Below are positions 1 through 9,861 of a stretch of 64,000 nucleotides of DNA, in pieces. The DNA lies in NCBI GenBank assembly GCA_963793305.1, contig CAWBZV010000010.1, positions 32,001-96,000 on the forward strand, read 5' to 3'. Both the position numbers and the translations under genes were made by a program. The notes under the pieces were generated by a model. The model saw only the letters and a list, made by a program, of their open reading frames with translations. It did no database searches and was not told the DNA's origin. How positions within the stretch are numbered: the stretch's first letter is position 1; each line of letters starts with the position of its first letter. The DNA is from an uncultured Gemmatimonadales bacterium. GTDB taxonomy: Bacteria > Gemmatimonadota > Gemmatimonadetes > Gemmatimonadales > Gemmatimonadaceae.

Positions 1-48
1 TCTACGCCTCGGCGGAGACGCGCAAACCGCGTTAGGGAATCGATGAGG

Positions 49-207
49 CTACAGCCGCGTACGGCCTCTGCCGAACAGCAGGTAGAGGATCAGTATTAGC
101 AGAATCAGATCGATGGCGCCGCCACCGTAGTAGCCGACGCCGGGGCCCATGTAGTAGCCCCCGCCCCCAGCGAGCAACAAGAGAAGGATCAAGATGATGA
201 TCAGCAT
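49..207 (-). CDS. small membrane protein (DUF3309-like)
   Basis: 52 aa MLIIILILLLLLAGGGGYYMGPGVGYYGGGAIDLILLILILYLLFGRG: two hydrophobic segments around a Gly/Tyr-rich loop; ATG at 207. Confidence 0.65.
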   Translation of the reverse strand: MLIIILILLLLLAGGGGYYMGPGVGYYGGGAIDLILLILILYLLFGRGRTRL

Positions 208-306
208 GCCCGCAGTGTAGAGGCAAAGCTCGCGCCATCTCTGCTCGGCACGGTTGCTGCCAATGATACGGAGAGAGGCACGTATCACCCGCAGCTGGAG
301 GGATGT

Positions 307-495
307 ATGGCGGATCCAAAGAGCACCTCAGGCAATCAAGGCGACAAAGGCGGTATGGGTGGTCAAAGCGGCAAGCTTGGCCAGAGCGGTGAGAAGGACA
401 CGTTGAGCGAAGAGGACGAGATGGAGCAAGGTGGTAAGGGTCGCCAGCAAGGAAAGACCGGTGAGAACAAGTCCGACCCCGGCGGAAAACACTAG
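307..495 (+). CDS. small hydrophilic Gly/Gln/Lys-rich protein (general-stress-like)
   Basis: 62 aa low-complexity ORF, GGAGGGA RBS directly upstream. Confidence 0.55.
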   Translation: MADPKSTSGNQGDKGGMGGQSGKLGQSGEKDTLSEEDEMEQGGKGRQQGKTGENKSDPGGKH

Positions 496-567
496 AGGAG
501 CGGCGATGTGGACGGGCCCGGCGAAAGGGCCCGTTTGCATGTTGGTGCTGACGCACGTTCGAGCAGA

Positions 568-1204
568 TCAGCCGCGGCTGATCGACTCCGCAGCAGCGAT
601 TGCCCACGCTGGATGCTGCCCATCCTCGATCGACCAGATCGCCGCCAGCACCGCTTGCGCAAAGGCCCAGCCCATGATCCGTTCGCGATCGAGGCCAAGG
701 CGTTCCGCGATCACGCGGCTCCAGCGATCCACCACCGGCGTGCCGCTCACGTTCCGGAGTGCCGCGCCGAACTCGTACGGCAGCTCGCCGATGACGCCTT
801 TTGGGTCGATCGCGAGCCAGCCTCGCGTCTCGTCGAACAGCACGTTTTGGGGATGCAGGTCGCCGTGCAATAGCGCGCGCGCGCCTTGGGATGCGGCAAG
901 ATCACGGTAGAGCCTTTCGGCCCGGTCGACGAGCGCGGCGCCGATCGCGGCGTCTCCCGATGCGCGATACTGACCAAAGGACGCACCCCATGATTCGACC
1001 GTTGGCCACTCGCCGCTCGGGAGGCCACACGAATGCAACGCCGCGGCGACCTCGCCGAGCCGGATCGCCGCGTCGTCGGTGCGATCATCGAGCGGCGTTC
1101 CGGGCTGGACGCGCTGGAGGAATTGAACGCCATCGCGTTCGTCGAGCAGCCGGACGCAGCTCCGCCCATCAAAATGTCGAAGCGCGTCCGAGGAACGGTC
1201 GTCT
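568..1204 (-). pseudogene. APH(6)/hydroxyurea-resistance kinase family, N-terminally truncated
   Basis: ALRHFDGRSCVRLL, LLHGDLHPQNVL, WLAIDPKG motifs; no start or N-terminal lobe, homology begins right after the stop of the upstream lipoprotein. Confidence 0.7.
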
Positions 1205-1703
1205 TTACTTCGCCGCCGCTGCCAGACCATTCTGGAGGATGTTCCAACACTTTCTTGTATTCGTCGGCTGCTCCGCTTTGCACCGCGCCGACCATGCTCG
1301 ACGACGCGGAGTGTACTCCTCCGCCGGTGACCTGGAGCTGCTGCCACCCACCGGTGAGCATGACCCTGACCCGGGTTGAGCTCGGCCCGACGGACGTGAA
1401 CAGCGCCGTGCCTTCCTGCGTAATGTTGGAGTTGTTCTGCGTGGTGTCCGTCCACTGCTGGTAGAACACGATCAACCCTAGTTTCGCGTCGGCCGAGCGG
1501 ACAACGTAATCATTGTCCATCAGGACATTGATGACTTTGGGGAATACGGACTCGATCGGCGTCGCGATCACTCGGGTTTGTATGGCGCGAACCTGCGCCA
1601 CCTGCTCAGGCGTCGGGGTTGGTTCCGACCGTACGACGACTGGCCGCACGGTGCCACAGCCCGTCAGCATGCCTATCACGATCACCCACAGCGCGCCTTT
1701 CAT
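1205..1703 (-). CDS. lipoprotein of unknown function (apparent +1 frameshift near 1243)
   Basis: Lipobox MLTG-C; removing one A (GAAC to GAC) gives the end KKVLDILQNGLAAAAK-TAA at 1205. Confidence 0.6.
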
Positions 1704-1760
1704 AGCTTGCTCGGTTGCGTTCGTTCATGTGACGCTCGCCAACCGGCGACGTTAAGCTAC

Positions 1761-2561
1761 TCAGCCACGATGGCTGTGTGCTTCGTCGGGGAACGCCGAG
1801 GTGCGGACCTCGTCGGCGAACGTCGCGACCGCGTTCCGAACGGACGCCCCGAGCTCCGCGTAGCGCTTGACGAACTTGGCCTGGAACCGCTCGTTGAGTC
1901 CCAGCATGTCGTGGAGCACGAGCACCTGTCCATCGCAGCTCGGACCGGAGCCGATGCCGATCGTCGGAATTGTGACGCTGTCCGTCACGCGCTGCGCGGC
2001 GCTGATGGTCACGAATTCGAGCACGAGGGCGAACGCGCCGGCCTCTTCGAGCGCGCGCGCATCGTCGACGAGTCGCTCGATCGCATCGTCGCCCTTGCCC
2101 TGTAAATGGATGCCCTGCACGTTGAGCGACTGCGGCGTGAGCCCAATGTGGCCCATCACCGGCACGCCCGCGGTGACGAGCGCCTGCACCGCTGGCGCAA
2201 ACGCGCGTCCGCCTTCGAGCTTGACGGCGCCGGCCCCGGTGCGCTTGATGACGCGTCCGCCTTGCCGGGTCGCCTGGCGTGGCGACACGTGATAGCTCAT
2301 GAATGGGAGATCGACGACGACGAGCGCGTGCGCCGTGCCGCGTTGGACGCTCCGTCCGTGATAGATCATCTGGTTCACGGTGACCGGCACCGTCGACGGC
2401 TCCCCGGCCAGGACCGGGCCCACGGAGTCACCCACGAGGATCACGTCGACGCCCGCCTGGTCCACGAGTGATGCGAACAACGCGTCGTACGCAGTGATCA
2501 TGACGATCTTCTTCCCTTCTCGCTTCATTCCCGCGAGATCGGCCGCCGCCACGCGAGCCAT
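1761..2561 (-). CDS. panB: 3-methyl-2-oxobutanoate hydroxymethyltransferase
   Basis: MITAYD, LVGDS, DLPFMSY, VKLEGG, GHIGLTPQS, IGIGSG, DGQVLV motifs. Confidence 0.93.
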   Translation of the reverse strand: MARVAAADLAGMKREGKKIVMITAYDALFASLVDQAGVDVILVGDSVGPVLAGEPSTVPVTVNQMIYHGRSVQRGTAHALVVVDLPFMSYHVSPRQATRQGGRVIKRTGAGAVKLEGGRAFAPAVQALVTAGVPVMGHIGLTPQSLNVQGIHLQGKGDDAIERLVDDARALEEAGAFALVLEFVTISAAQRVTDSVTIPTIGIGSGPSCDGQVLVLHDMLGLNERFQAKFVKRYAELGASVRNAVATFADEVRTSAFPDEAHSHRG

Positions 2562-2764
2562 CAGCCCTCCGTCACGGTGATGCGGATGGCGCCCACCGGA
2601 CAGCGCTCGGCCGCCCGGCGGATGACGGCCTCGCTGGCGCCCGCGGGATCGATCACCTCCGACTGGCGATCGGCGTTATGCGCAAAGACCAATGGCGCGA
2701 CGATGAGACACGTCCCGTTGCCGACGCAGAGGTCATGGTCTACGAAGACGCGAAACGCTGGCAT
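2561..2764 (-). CDS. single-cluster ferredoxin (P450-associated, likely 3Fe-4S)
   Basis: CVGNGTC...CPVGAI; TGATG overlap with panB. Confidence 0.9.
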   Translation of the reverse strand: MPAFRVFVDHDLCVGNGTCLIVAPLVFAHNADRQSEVIDPAGASEAVIRRAAERCPVGAIRITVTEG

Positions 2765-2767
2765 CGC

Positions 2768-3979
2768 TTATCTCCATCGCACAGGCAGCGACCGCAGAGA
2801 TCGGAACTGAATGCTCGGTTCGTACTCGAGGCTCTGGGTGTCGAGCCGCATCCCGGGCAGGCGCTCGGCGAGGACTTGGAAGACCTCCTGGCCTTCGATG
2901 CGCGCCAGGGATGCGCCCAGGCAATAATGTATACCGGCGCCGAATGCGACATGCGGATTCGGCTGGCGGCTGATGTCGAAGGCGTCCGCGTTCGTGAATG
3001 CGGCCGGATCACGATTCGCCGACGCGATCATCCAGCGGATCCGGTCACCGCGGCGGATGTGCCGGCCACCCAATTCGACGTCGTCCGCGGCAATCCGCTG
3101 GGTGGACTTGACCGGCGGATCATAGCGCAGGCACTCCTCGGTCGCGAGGCGGGCATGCCGCGCTGGATCGCTCACCAGCCGCGCCCATTGATCCGGGTGT
3201 CGGAGAAAGGCGAGGACGCCATTGCAGATGAGATTCATGGTCGTCTCATGCCCCGCGAACAAGAGCAGCGCGGCGTTGACCAGCACCTGATGACGAGTGA
3301 ACACGCCGGCCTGCTCGCCGCCCGCGAGCACCGAAAGGAAATCCGTGGTCGGTTCGGTCATCCGCTGGTCGACCAATGGCGACACGTAGTCGATCATGCC
3401 GCGAATGCCTTCCGTGAGCGGTCGCAACCGATACGGCTCGCCCCGATTGATGTAGAGGAGCTTGTCCGCCAACGCGCGCAGATGGTCGCGATCGTGCTCC
3501 GGAACGCCCATCATCTGGGCGATCACTCGCACCGGGAGCGGCGCCGCGAGATCCCGGTGGACGTCCATCCGCCCCTCGGCGTCAACGGCATCGAGCAGCT
3601 CCGTGACCGCGGCGCGTACGAATGGCCGCCACGACTCCATCGCCCCTGGGGTGAAGTACTCGTGCACCACCTGCCGCATGGCGGCGTGCATGGGACGATC
3701 TTGCTCGACCAACTGATCGCCGCGGAACGACTGGACGCCGGAGAGCAACGGCAGGTCAGCCGCGTCGACGGGTGGATACGGCTGACGAGTGTCGGTCCGG
3801 ATGACGGCGGAGGAGAATCGTTCGTGGTTGCGCACCATCCACACGACGTTGTCGTACCGCGTGACGACCCAGAGCTGGAACGGCGCGTTCCAGTGCACCG
3901 GATCCTCGTCTCGCAGGCGGGCGAACAACGGATAGGGGTCGGCGATCACGGCCGGATCGAACAGCGCGTCGAGGTCCAT
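2768..3979 (-). CDS. cytochrome P450
   Basis: I-helix AGHETT, ExxR (ECLR), heme loop FGAGIHYCLG. Confidence 0.96.
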   Translation of the reverse strand: MDLDALFDPAVIADPYPLFARLRDEDPVHWNAPFQLWVVTRYDNVVWMVRNHERFSSAVIRTDTRQPYPPVDAADLPLLSGVQSFRGDQLVEQDRPMHAAMRQVVHEYFTPGAMESWRPFVRAAVTELLDAVDAEGRMDVHRDLAAPLPVRVIAQMMGVPEHDRDHLRALADKLLYINRGEPYRLRPLTEGIRGMIDYVSPLVDQRMTEPTTDFLSVLAGGEQAGVFTRHQVLVNAALLLFAGHETTMNLICNGVLAFLRHPDQWARLVSDPARHARLATEECLRYDPPVKSTQRIAADDVELGGRHIRRGDRIRWMIASANRDPAAFTNADAFDISRQPNPHVAFGAGIHYCLGASLARIEGQEVFQVLAERLPGMRLDTQSLEYEPSIQFRSLRSLPVRWR

Positions 3980-4057
3980 CGACTTCTAGAATGGGTGCGG
4001 AACCGCCTATTCGCCAATATTATTGCATGCCGACTACCGATACGCATGACATTCTGG

Positions 4058-4951
4058 ATGCACATTACCCTCCGTCACCTGCGCTATTTCGTGGCGGTGG
4101 CGGAGGAGCTCCACTTCAGCCGGGCCGCGCGCCGGCTGAACGTCTCGCAACCGCCCCTGAGCCAGCAGATCCGGCAACTCGAGGACATCGTCGGCTCCGC
4201 GCTCTTCGTCCGCACGAGCCGGCGCGTGCAGCTCACGTCAGCCGGGCTGGCATTCCTGGACGGCACCCGGCGGTCGCTGGCCGAGGTCGCGCGCACGTTG
4301 GCCGCGGCGCAACACGCGGCGCATGGGGAGCGGGACATGCTGCGCGTTGGCTTCACCGACTCGGCGGCCCTGGGCGGACTTGTCGAGATCCTGCGCACCT
4401 ATCGCGTGGCGTATCCGGACGTGCACCTCGATCTCATCGAGGGCACGAGTCAGGCCCAGCTCGATGCGCTGGAGCGGGATACCGTCGATGTGGCGCTCGT
4501 GCGTGGCCCGGTCGCGTCGGTCACCGCGCGAACGGTGATTGTGCGGCGGGAGCCGTTCGAGGCGGCCGTCCCCGCCGATCATCCGTTGGCGAAGCGCCGC
4601 GTCGTCCCGCTGGCCGCTCTGCGCGGGCAGCCGTTCGTGCTCTTTCCTCGCCACCTCGCGCCGGCGTTCCACGACATCGTCACCGCGATGTGCCGGCGCG
4701 CCGGCTTCTCGCCCGAGGTTCGCCACGAGAGCGCGGACTACCAGACGATGTTGAGTCTCGTCGCGGCCGGTCTCGGCGTCACGATCGTGCCGGCCTCCGT
4801 GAGGAACTTGGGACGCATCGGCGTCGAGTTCCGGCCCCTCGCCGGGCCGAAGGTGATGGCGGAGCTCGCCCTCATGTACCGCCCGGCCCGCCTGTCGCGC
4901 GCACTGGAGGCGTTCATCGCGATCGCGAGCATGACGCCTGGCAGGAAATGA
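4058..4951 (+). CDS. LysR-family regulator (BenM/HcaR-like), divergent from the P450
   Basis: LRHLRYFVAVAEELHFSRAARRLNVSQPPLSQQIRQLE HTH; LVAAGLGVTIVP. Confidence 0.95.
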   Translation: MHITLRHLRYFVAVAEELHFSRAARRLNVSQPPLSQQIRQLEDIVGSALFVRTSRRVQLTSAGLAFLDGTRRSLAEVARTLAAAQHAAHGERDMLRVGFTDSAALGGLVEILRTYRVAYPDVHLDLIEGTSQAQLDALERDTVDVALVRGPVASVTARTVIVRREPFEAAVPADHPLAKRRVVPLAALRGQPFVLFPRHLAPAFHDIVTAMCRRAGFSPEVRHESADYQTMLSLVAAGLGVTIVPASVRNLGRIGVEFRPLAGPKVMAELALMYRPARLSRALEAFIAIASMTPGRK

Positions 4952-5022
4952 TATGAAAATCGTCTGGCCCACTGCGTGACATGGTATTGGACATCTGGAC
5001 GCTCGAGGGACATCGTCTGCGC

Positions 5023-6141
5023 ATGTCTCGCACTGCGCTTCTCGTCTTGGTTCTCGCCCAGGCGCCCCGCGCCCTCCCGGCGCAGCTCTCGGCGCGACAA
5101 GCGCGCGTGGAAATCGTCGCGCCAGCGGCGCCACGGCCAGTCGTCGCCGCCGGCAAGCGCGTTCTCGTCTATGAACTGCACGTCACGAACCAGGGCCGCG
5201 GTCCGCTGGCGTTTCGGGAGATCGACGTTTGGGATGGCGGTGGCAAGGCCACGTCTCTCGCGACCTACCGCGATACCGCGCTGGCGCACGCGCTCGAACC
5301 CGATACCGCGACGCGGCTCAATCCTGGATACCGAACGATCGTATTTTTGCGGGTCGAGTTGCGGCTCGATGATCCGGTCCCGACGCGGCTCCGGCATCGG
5401 TTGCTGTTCGATGTGCTCGATACGGCCGATGTCCGGCGCGACGCGGGGACGCAGCAGGCGATCGATAGCGTGCTCGTACCCGTCTCGAACGAGCCGCCGC
5501 CCGTCCTGCGCGCTCCGCTCGGGCCGGGCGAATGGCTGGCCGGAAGCTCTCCATCCAACACGTCGGATCATCGTCGTTCGCTGACGGCCATCGATGGGCA
5601 CGCGTACATCGCGCAACGCTTCGCCATCGATTGGCAATTGATCGGCAAGAACGGGAACGTGTATCACGACGATGATCACCGGAACGAGAACTTCTGGAGC
5701 TTCGGCCAACCGGTGCACTCGGTCGCACCGGGCGAAGTGGTCGCGATCCTCGACAGCATTCCGGACAACACACCGCATTCGCCGCTTCCACGGTTCACAC
5801 CGCGGACGATCGCGGGCAATTACGTCATGATCCGGATCGGGCCCCGTCAGTATGCGACATACGCACACTTACAACGCGGGAGCGTGCGCGTGCGCGTACA
5901 TCAACACGTGACGGCCGGCGAGGTGATCGCCTTGCTCGGCAATTCCGGGCAGGCCACCGGCCCGCACTTGCATTTTCAGCTCACCGATGGCCCGTCGGTC
6001 TTGGGCTCCGAGGGCATCCCGTACGTACTCGAGTCGTTCAACTTCCTCGGCTCGGCGAACGACTTCGAGGAGGACAAGCATCCCACGGTCCCCCGCTCTC
6101 ACGAGATGCCATCGCAGGAGGCAGTGGTCGGTCTGCCTTGA
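5023..6141 (+). CDS. secreted M23-family metallopeptidase
   Basis: Signal peptide; GNYV, YAHLQ, GNSGQATGPHLHFQ. Confidence 0.88.
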   Translation: MSRTALLVLVLAQAPRALPAQLSARQARVEIVAPAAPRPVVAAGKRVLVYELHVTNQGRGPLAFREIDVWDGGGKATSLATYRDTALAHALEPDTATRLNPGYRTIVFLRVELRLDDPVPTRLRHRLLFDVLDTADVRRDAGTQQAIDSVLVPVSNEPPPVLRAPLGPGEWLAGSSPSNTSDHRRSLTAIDGHAYIAQRFAIDWQLIGKNGNVYHDDDHRNENFWSFGQPVHSVAPGEVVAILDSIPDNTPHSPLPRFTPRTIAGNYVMIRIGPRQYATYAHLQRGSVRVRVHQHVTAGEVIALLGNSGQATGPHLHFQLTDGPSVLGSEGIPYVLESFNFLGSANDFEEDKHPTVPRSHEMPSQEAVVGLP

Positions 6142-6288
6142 CGGGGGGCGCTCGACGCGAGGGCTCAAACGACGAGAGACCGCCTTGTGAGCAGCCTCCC
6201 ACGGGCCATGGTCTGGCACCGTTAACATCAATGTCGAGGACCCCGATCTCGTTGTGCGTTCGATCGAGCGGTTGGTTGGGGGATCGGA

Positions 6289-6591
6289 CTAGGGCACGAG
6301 CCAGACATCGATGCCGCCGTGCTTCGTGCACGCCAGGTGGCGATCCGAGGTCCTTGTGAAGAACCCGTCATGGCAATGCGCGGTAGCGCCTGGATGGTCG
6401 TGACGGTAGCGCGCGGACATGTCGTCGCCGTGGTTGTCCGGATGGTCATCATGCCGCGCCGCTGCCTGGTCGTCGTGGTGGGCCTGATCCGGATGATCGG
6501 GCTTGGGGTGGTCGTCCTGTGCGTACAGGGACCGCGGCGCGACGATCGCGATCGCCATGACGGCCGCGGCTATTAAGAGATGTTTGCCCAT
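6289..6591 (-). CDS. secreted DUF3761-like protein with His/Asp-rich linker
   Basis: Signal peptide; C-terminal GATAHCHDG...ACTKHGGIDVW. Confidence 0.7.
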   Translation of the reverse strand: MGKHLLIAAAVMAIAIVAPRSLYAQDDHPKPDHPDQAHHDDQAAARHDDHPDNHGDDMSARYRHDHPGATAHCHDGFFTRTSDRHLACTKHGGIDVWLVP

Positions 6592-6663
6592 GTGTTGTCA
6601 CTCCCCTTGAGGTGCGAGATGCCCTTCTTGCCCCAAAGGCGACCAGTGCAAGAAACGAACAAC

Positions 6664-6694
6664 TAGCAGGGGCCGGACTCGAACCCGCGACCCC
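6664..6694 (-). other. tRNA 3'-half remnant (T-arm plus acceptor 3' strand, initiator-Met-like)
   Basis: Minus strand GGGGTCGCGGGTTCGAGTCCGGCCCCTGCTA; no D-arm or anticodon arm upstream. Confidence 0.5.
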
Positions 6695-6703
6695 AAGTCG
6701 CGT

Positions 6704-7480
6704 CTACCTGAAATACGCCCGTGGCGTGATCCCCAAGACCTTCCTGAACATAGAAGTGAACGCGCTCGGCGTAGCATAACCGGACTCCAGAGCCGCATGC
6801 GTCACCTTGGCGCCCTCGGCCAAGAGCCGCATGCTCTGCATGAGTCGCAGTTGCTGCCGCCATTTCCCAAACGTCATACCGATCTCCTGCTGGAACAGTC
6901 TTTCGACCGACCGCTTTCCCGCCCCAGTCTCTTTGCACAGCTGAGCAAGGGTTCGAGGGTCGCGAGGATCACCCGTCAGTATGTCGGCGATTCGCTTGAG
7001 CCGTGGATCGGACAAATGCGGCAGTTGCAACGGGATCGCGTGCATCGCCTCCAGCTGATGCAGAATGACTGCGATCAGGTGCTCCTGCCATTTCATCGAT
7101 ATCTTCAACGTCCGCAGGGTACATGCATGGAGAATCAGCTCCTTCAGCAGGGCTGAGACATTGATCACACAACAATCGCGCGGCGGCCCTTTGGCGAGGC
7201 GCGGCTTGAGATAGAGCGTTCGCATCGCCACCACGCCCGACATCGTGATGGTGTGCGGAACCTTGGCCGGTATCCAGACGGCACGGTTCGGAGGAACCAC
7301 CCACGTTCCATTTCGCGTACTGACCGTCATGACCCCGCGCGAGGCAAAGACGAGCTGATCGCGATCGTGGAAGTGCAGCGGTACGACAGAGCCAGCCGAA
7401 TAGTCCCGGGTGTGGCTGGTGATCGCCGACGTACGGTCACCCGACCGATCGAAAATACCCGCTTGACGCTTTCGCGACAT
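6704..7480 (-). CDS. AraC-family regulator (cupin + HTH, NimR-like)
   Basis: HFHDRDQL cupin, AVWIPAKVPH, GMTFGKWRQQLRL, GYATPSAFTSMFRK. Confidence 0.93.
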   Translation of the reverse strand: MSRKRQAGIFDRSGDRTSAITSHTRDYSAGSVVPLHFHDRDQLVFASRGVMTVSTRNGTWVVPPNRAVWIPAKVPHTITMSGVVAMRTLYLKPRLAKGPPRDCCVINVSALLKELILHACTLRTLKISMKWQEHLIAVILHQLEAMHAIPLQLPHLSDPRLKRIADILTGDPRDPRTLAQLCKETGAGKRSVERLFQQEIGMTFGKWRQQLRLMQSMRLLAEGAKVTHAALESGYATPSAFTSMFRKVLGITPRAYFR

Positions 7481-7535
7481 CTATTGTCACTTTATCGAAA
7501 GCGCGCACGGTGCGCAATGGGTAAGCTGGGGAAGC

Positions 7536-8117
7536 ATGAACCGCTTGCATCGCTGGCTCTGCCGTTCTGATCGCTGGCGCAGCACCGTTGCCCAGAGACT
7601 GCCCTGGGCGATCGGCGATACCGACCTGGGGCCGAATGTCTTGGAACTCGGCCCCGGCCCCGGCCTTACGACAGACCTGCTGCGAACCTCGGTGCCTCGG
7701 CTGACGGCGCTGGAGATCGACGCGACATTGGCCAGGTCACTGAGCGCGCGCCTGAAGGGAAGCAACGTTCGGGTCATCGAGGGCGATGCCACCGCGATGC
7801 CGTTCGGTGACTCGGAGTTCTCGGGCGCGGTGTCGTTCACCATGCTGCATCACGTTTCGTCCCAGGAACTGCAGGACCAGGTTCTCGCCGAAGTGTTCCG
7901 CGTGCTGCAACCCGGAGGGGTTCTCGTGGGCAGCGATAGTCTTCAGAGTTTGTCCATGAGGATCATCCATATCGGCGACACCCTCGTTCCCGTGCCTCCC
8001 GATACGTTCGGCGCACGATTGGAGCGTGCGGGTTTTCACGTGGTGGACGTGCAACGGAACGCGCACGCATTCCGATTCCGTGCTCAACGAGGAGTGACAT
8101 GCACAAACTCATCTTGA
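7536..8117 (+). CDS. class I SAM-dependent methyltransferase
   Basis: VLELGPGPG, GDATAMPF, MLHHV, LQPGG. Confidence 0.9.
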   Translation: MNRLHRWLCRSDRWRSTVAQRLPWAIGDTDLGPNVLELGPGPGLTTDLLRTSVPRLTALEIDATLARSLSARLKGSNVRVIEGDATAMPFGDSEFSGAVSFTMLHHVSSQELQDQVLAEVFRVLQPGGVLVGSDSLQSLSMRIIHIGDTLVPVPPDTFGARLERAGFHVVDVQRNAHAFRFRAQRGVTCTNSS

Positions 8118-8581
8118 TACTCACGAGCGCCATTCGCTTGGCCGCCCCGGGTCCCGATTCCTGCGCCACGAATTCAGCAAATCGGCAGCTGGACTATTGG
8201 CTCGGCACGTGGAAGATCGGTGCGTCCGGGGACGCACATAGCACCGTCACGCTCTCGCTCGACAAGTGCTTGGTCGTCGAGAACTGGGACGGCGGACGAG
8301 GCCATTACGGACAGAACGTCTTTGGTTACAGTGCCGACGACAAGAGATGGTACGGACTGTTCGCCGACAACGAGGGCCGGGTGCATGTATTCACCTCCGG
8401 CAAGGTTGCATCCGACACAGCCGCATTTGAAGGCGCGAGCCGCGGGCCCAACGGAGAGAGCGTATTGAACCGAGTGACAATCATTCGGCTGAACCCGAAC
8501 TCCGTCGAGCAGACGTGGGAAAAATCCACCGACAACGGCACCAGCTGGAATGTGGTGTTCCACGGGGAGTATTCGCGATGA
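8099..8581 (+). CDS. secreted hypothetical protein (DUF1579-like beta-barrel)
   Basis: Signal peptide; LDYWLGTW...QTWEKSTDNGTSW. Confidence 0.7.
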   Translation: MHKLILILTSAIRLAAPGPDSCATNSANRQLDYWLGTWKIGASGDAHSTVTLSLDKCLVVENWDGGRGHYGQNVFGYSADDKRWYGLFADNEGRVHVFTSGKVASDTAAFEGASRGPNGESVLNRVTIIRLNPNSVEQTWEKSTDNGTSWNVVFHGEYSR

Positions 8582-9535
8582 ACATCAAAACCGCGCTATT
8601 TACTCTCGTCGCGGCACGTACCCTCGGTGCCCAACCTGCTCTGCTCGTCCTCGCCAATGAGGACAACACACTCAGTATCGTCAGCCCCGCGAGCCTGAAA
8701 GTCACCGCCACATTGCCGGTCGGTCCCGATCCGCACGAAGTGATTGCCTCGAGCGACGGAACGACCGCCTACATCTCGAACTACGGCGGCGGCGCGTACA
8801 ACACGCTCACGGTGGTTGACCTCGCGACGAAGAAAGTCTTGCCGGCCATCGATCTCGGCGCGCTGCGCGGCCCGCACGGGCTGGCGTTCGTCGGCGGCCG
8901 GGTGTGGTTTACGGCTGAAGCGGCGAAAGCGATCGGCAGCTACGATCCCGCAACACGGCGGGTCGACTGGGTGATGGGCACCGGGCAGAATCGTACCCAC
9001 ATGATCTACGTCTTCCCGGACCTCAACCAGATCGTCACCACGAATGTCAGCTCCGCCAGCGTCAGCATCATGGAAAAGATCGGCGGAGACTGGAACGAAA
9101 CCGTCGTTCCCGTCGGTCGCGAGTCGGAGGGACTCGACGTATCGCCCGATGGCAAGGAAACCTGGGTCGCCAACGCCGGCGACGGAACGGTCTCTATCAT
9201 TGACGTGGCGAGCAAGAAGGTCGTCGCCACGGTGGCCGCCAATGTCGTGGGAGCGAATCGGCTCAAGTTCACCCCAGACGGCAAGCTGGTGTTTGTTTCG
9301 AGCCTCAATAAACCCAATGTCCTCGTTCTCGACCGCGCCACCCGAAAAGAGGTGAAGCGTATCAAAGTGGGAGATGGCGCTGCCGGGATTCTGATGCAAC
9401 CCGACGGGGCGCGTGCCTACGTGGCCTGCTCACCGGACGGGTACGTCGCCGTCATCGACTTGCACTCGCTCGAACGTCGCGGGCCGCATCGACGTCGGGC
9501 GGGGACCCGACGGCCTCGCCTGGGTTGGCCGCTAA
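8578..9535 (+). CDS. YVTN/YncE-type beta-propeller (apparent +1 frameshift near 9475)
   Basis: Repeated SPDGK..VAN..DGTVSIID blades; corrected end VAGRIDVGRGPDGLAWVGR-TAA at 9535; ATGA overlap with the upstream gene. Confidence 0.85.
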
Positions 9536-9552
9536 ATACCAGCCAATATTTT

Positions 9553-9798
9553 TTACGGTGCCTCCTGACGTTCGACGACGATCGAGTAGTGGGCCGCCAA
9601 TGCGGCCAGCGCGCCGATCGCGACGCCCAACGGCAACAGCACGGCGCCGACGACACCGACGGTCAGCGGGATCTCCATGATGGTGTGCCCCGCCTCGCTC
9701 TTGATGATCACACGTCTGACGTTCCCCTCATGAATGAACGACTTCACTCGCGACAGGAGCTGGTCGCCGCTCACGTGGTGCTCCTCGGTTGTGGTCAT
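9553..9798 (-). CDS. DUF4342 domain protein
   Basis: VKSFIHEGNVRRVIIK...EIPLTVGVVGAVL. Confidence 0.8.
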   Translation of the reverse strand: MTTTEEHHVSGDQLLSRVKSFIHEGNVRRVIIKSEAGHTIMEIPLTVGVVGAVLLPLGVAIGALAALAAHYSIVVERQEAP

Positions 9799-9861
9799 TG
9801 GGTCTCCAAAGGTGTTCCCGCTGTGAGGGTTCCGGGCGGAGTGTCGGATTGGCGCGGCTCG

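Noticed and set aside
747..1703. 318-aa lipoprotein-kinase fusion
   Set aside because: Read-through caused by a +1 base near 1243; the kinase is in another frame
2678..4951. 757-aa LysR fusion ORF
   Set aside because: The first ~460 codons are the antisense shadow of the P450; LysR homology starts at ~4058
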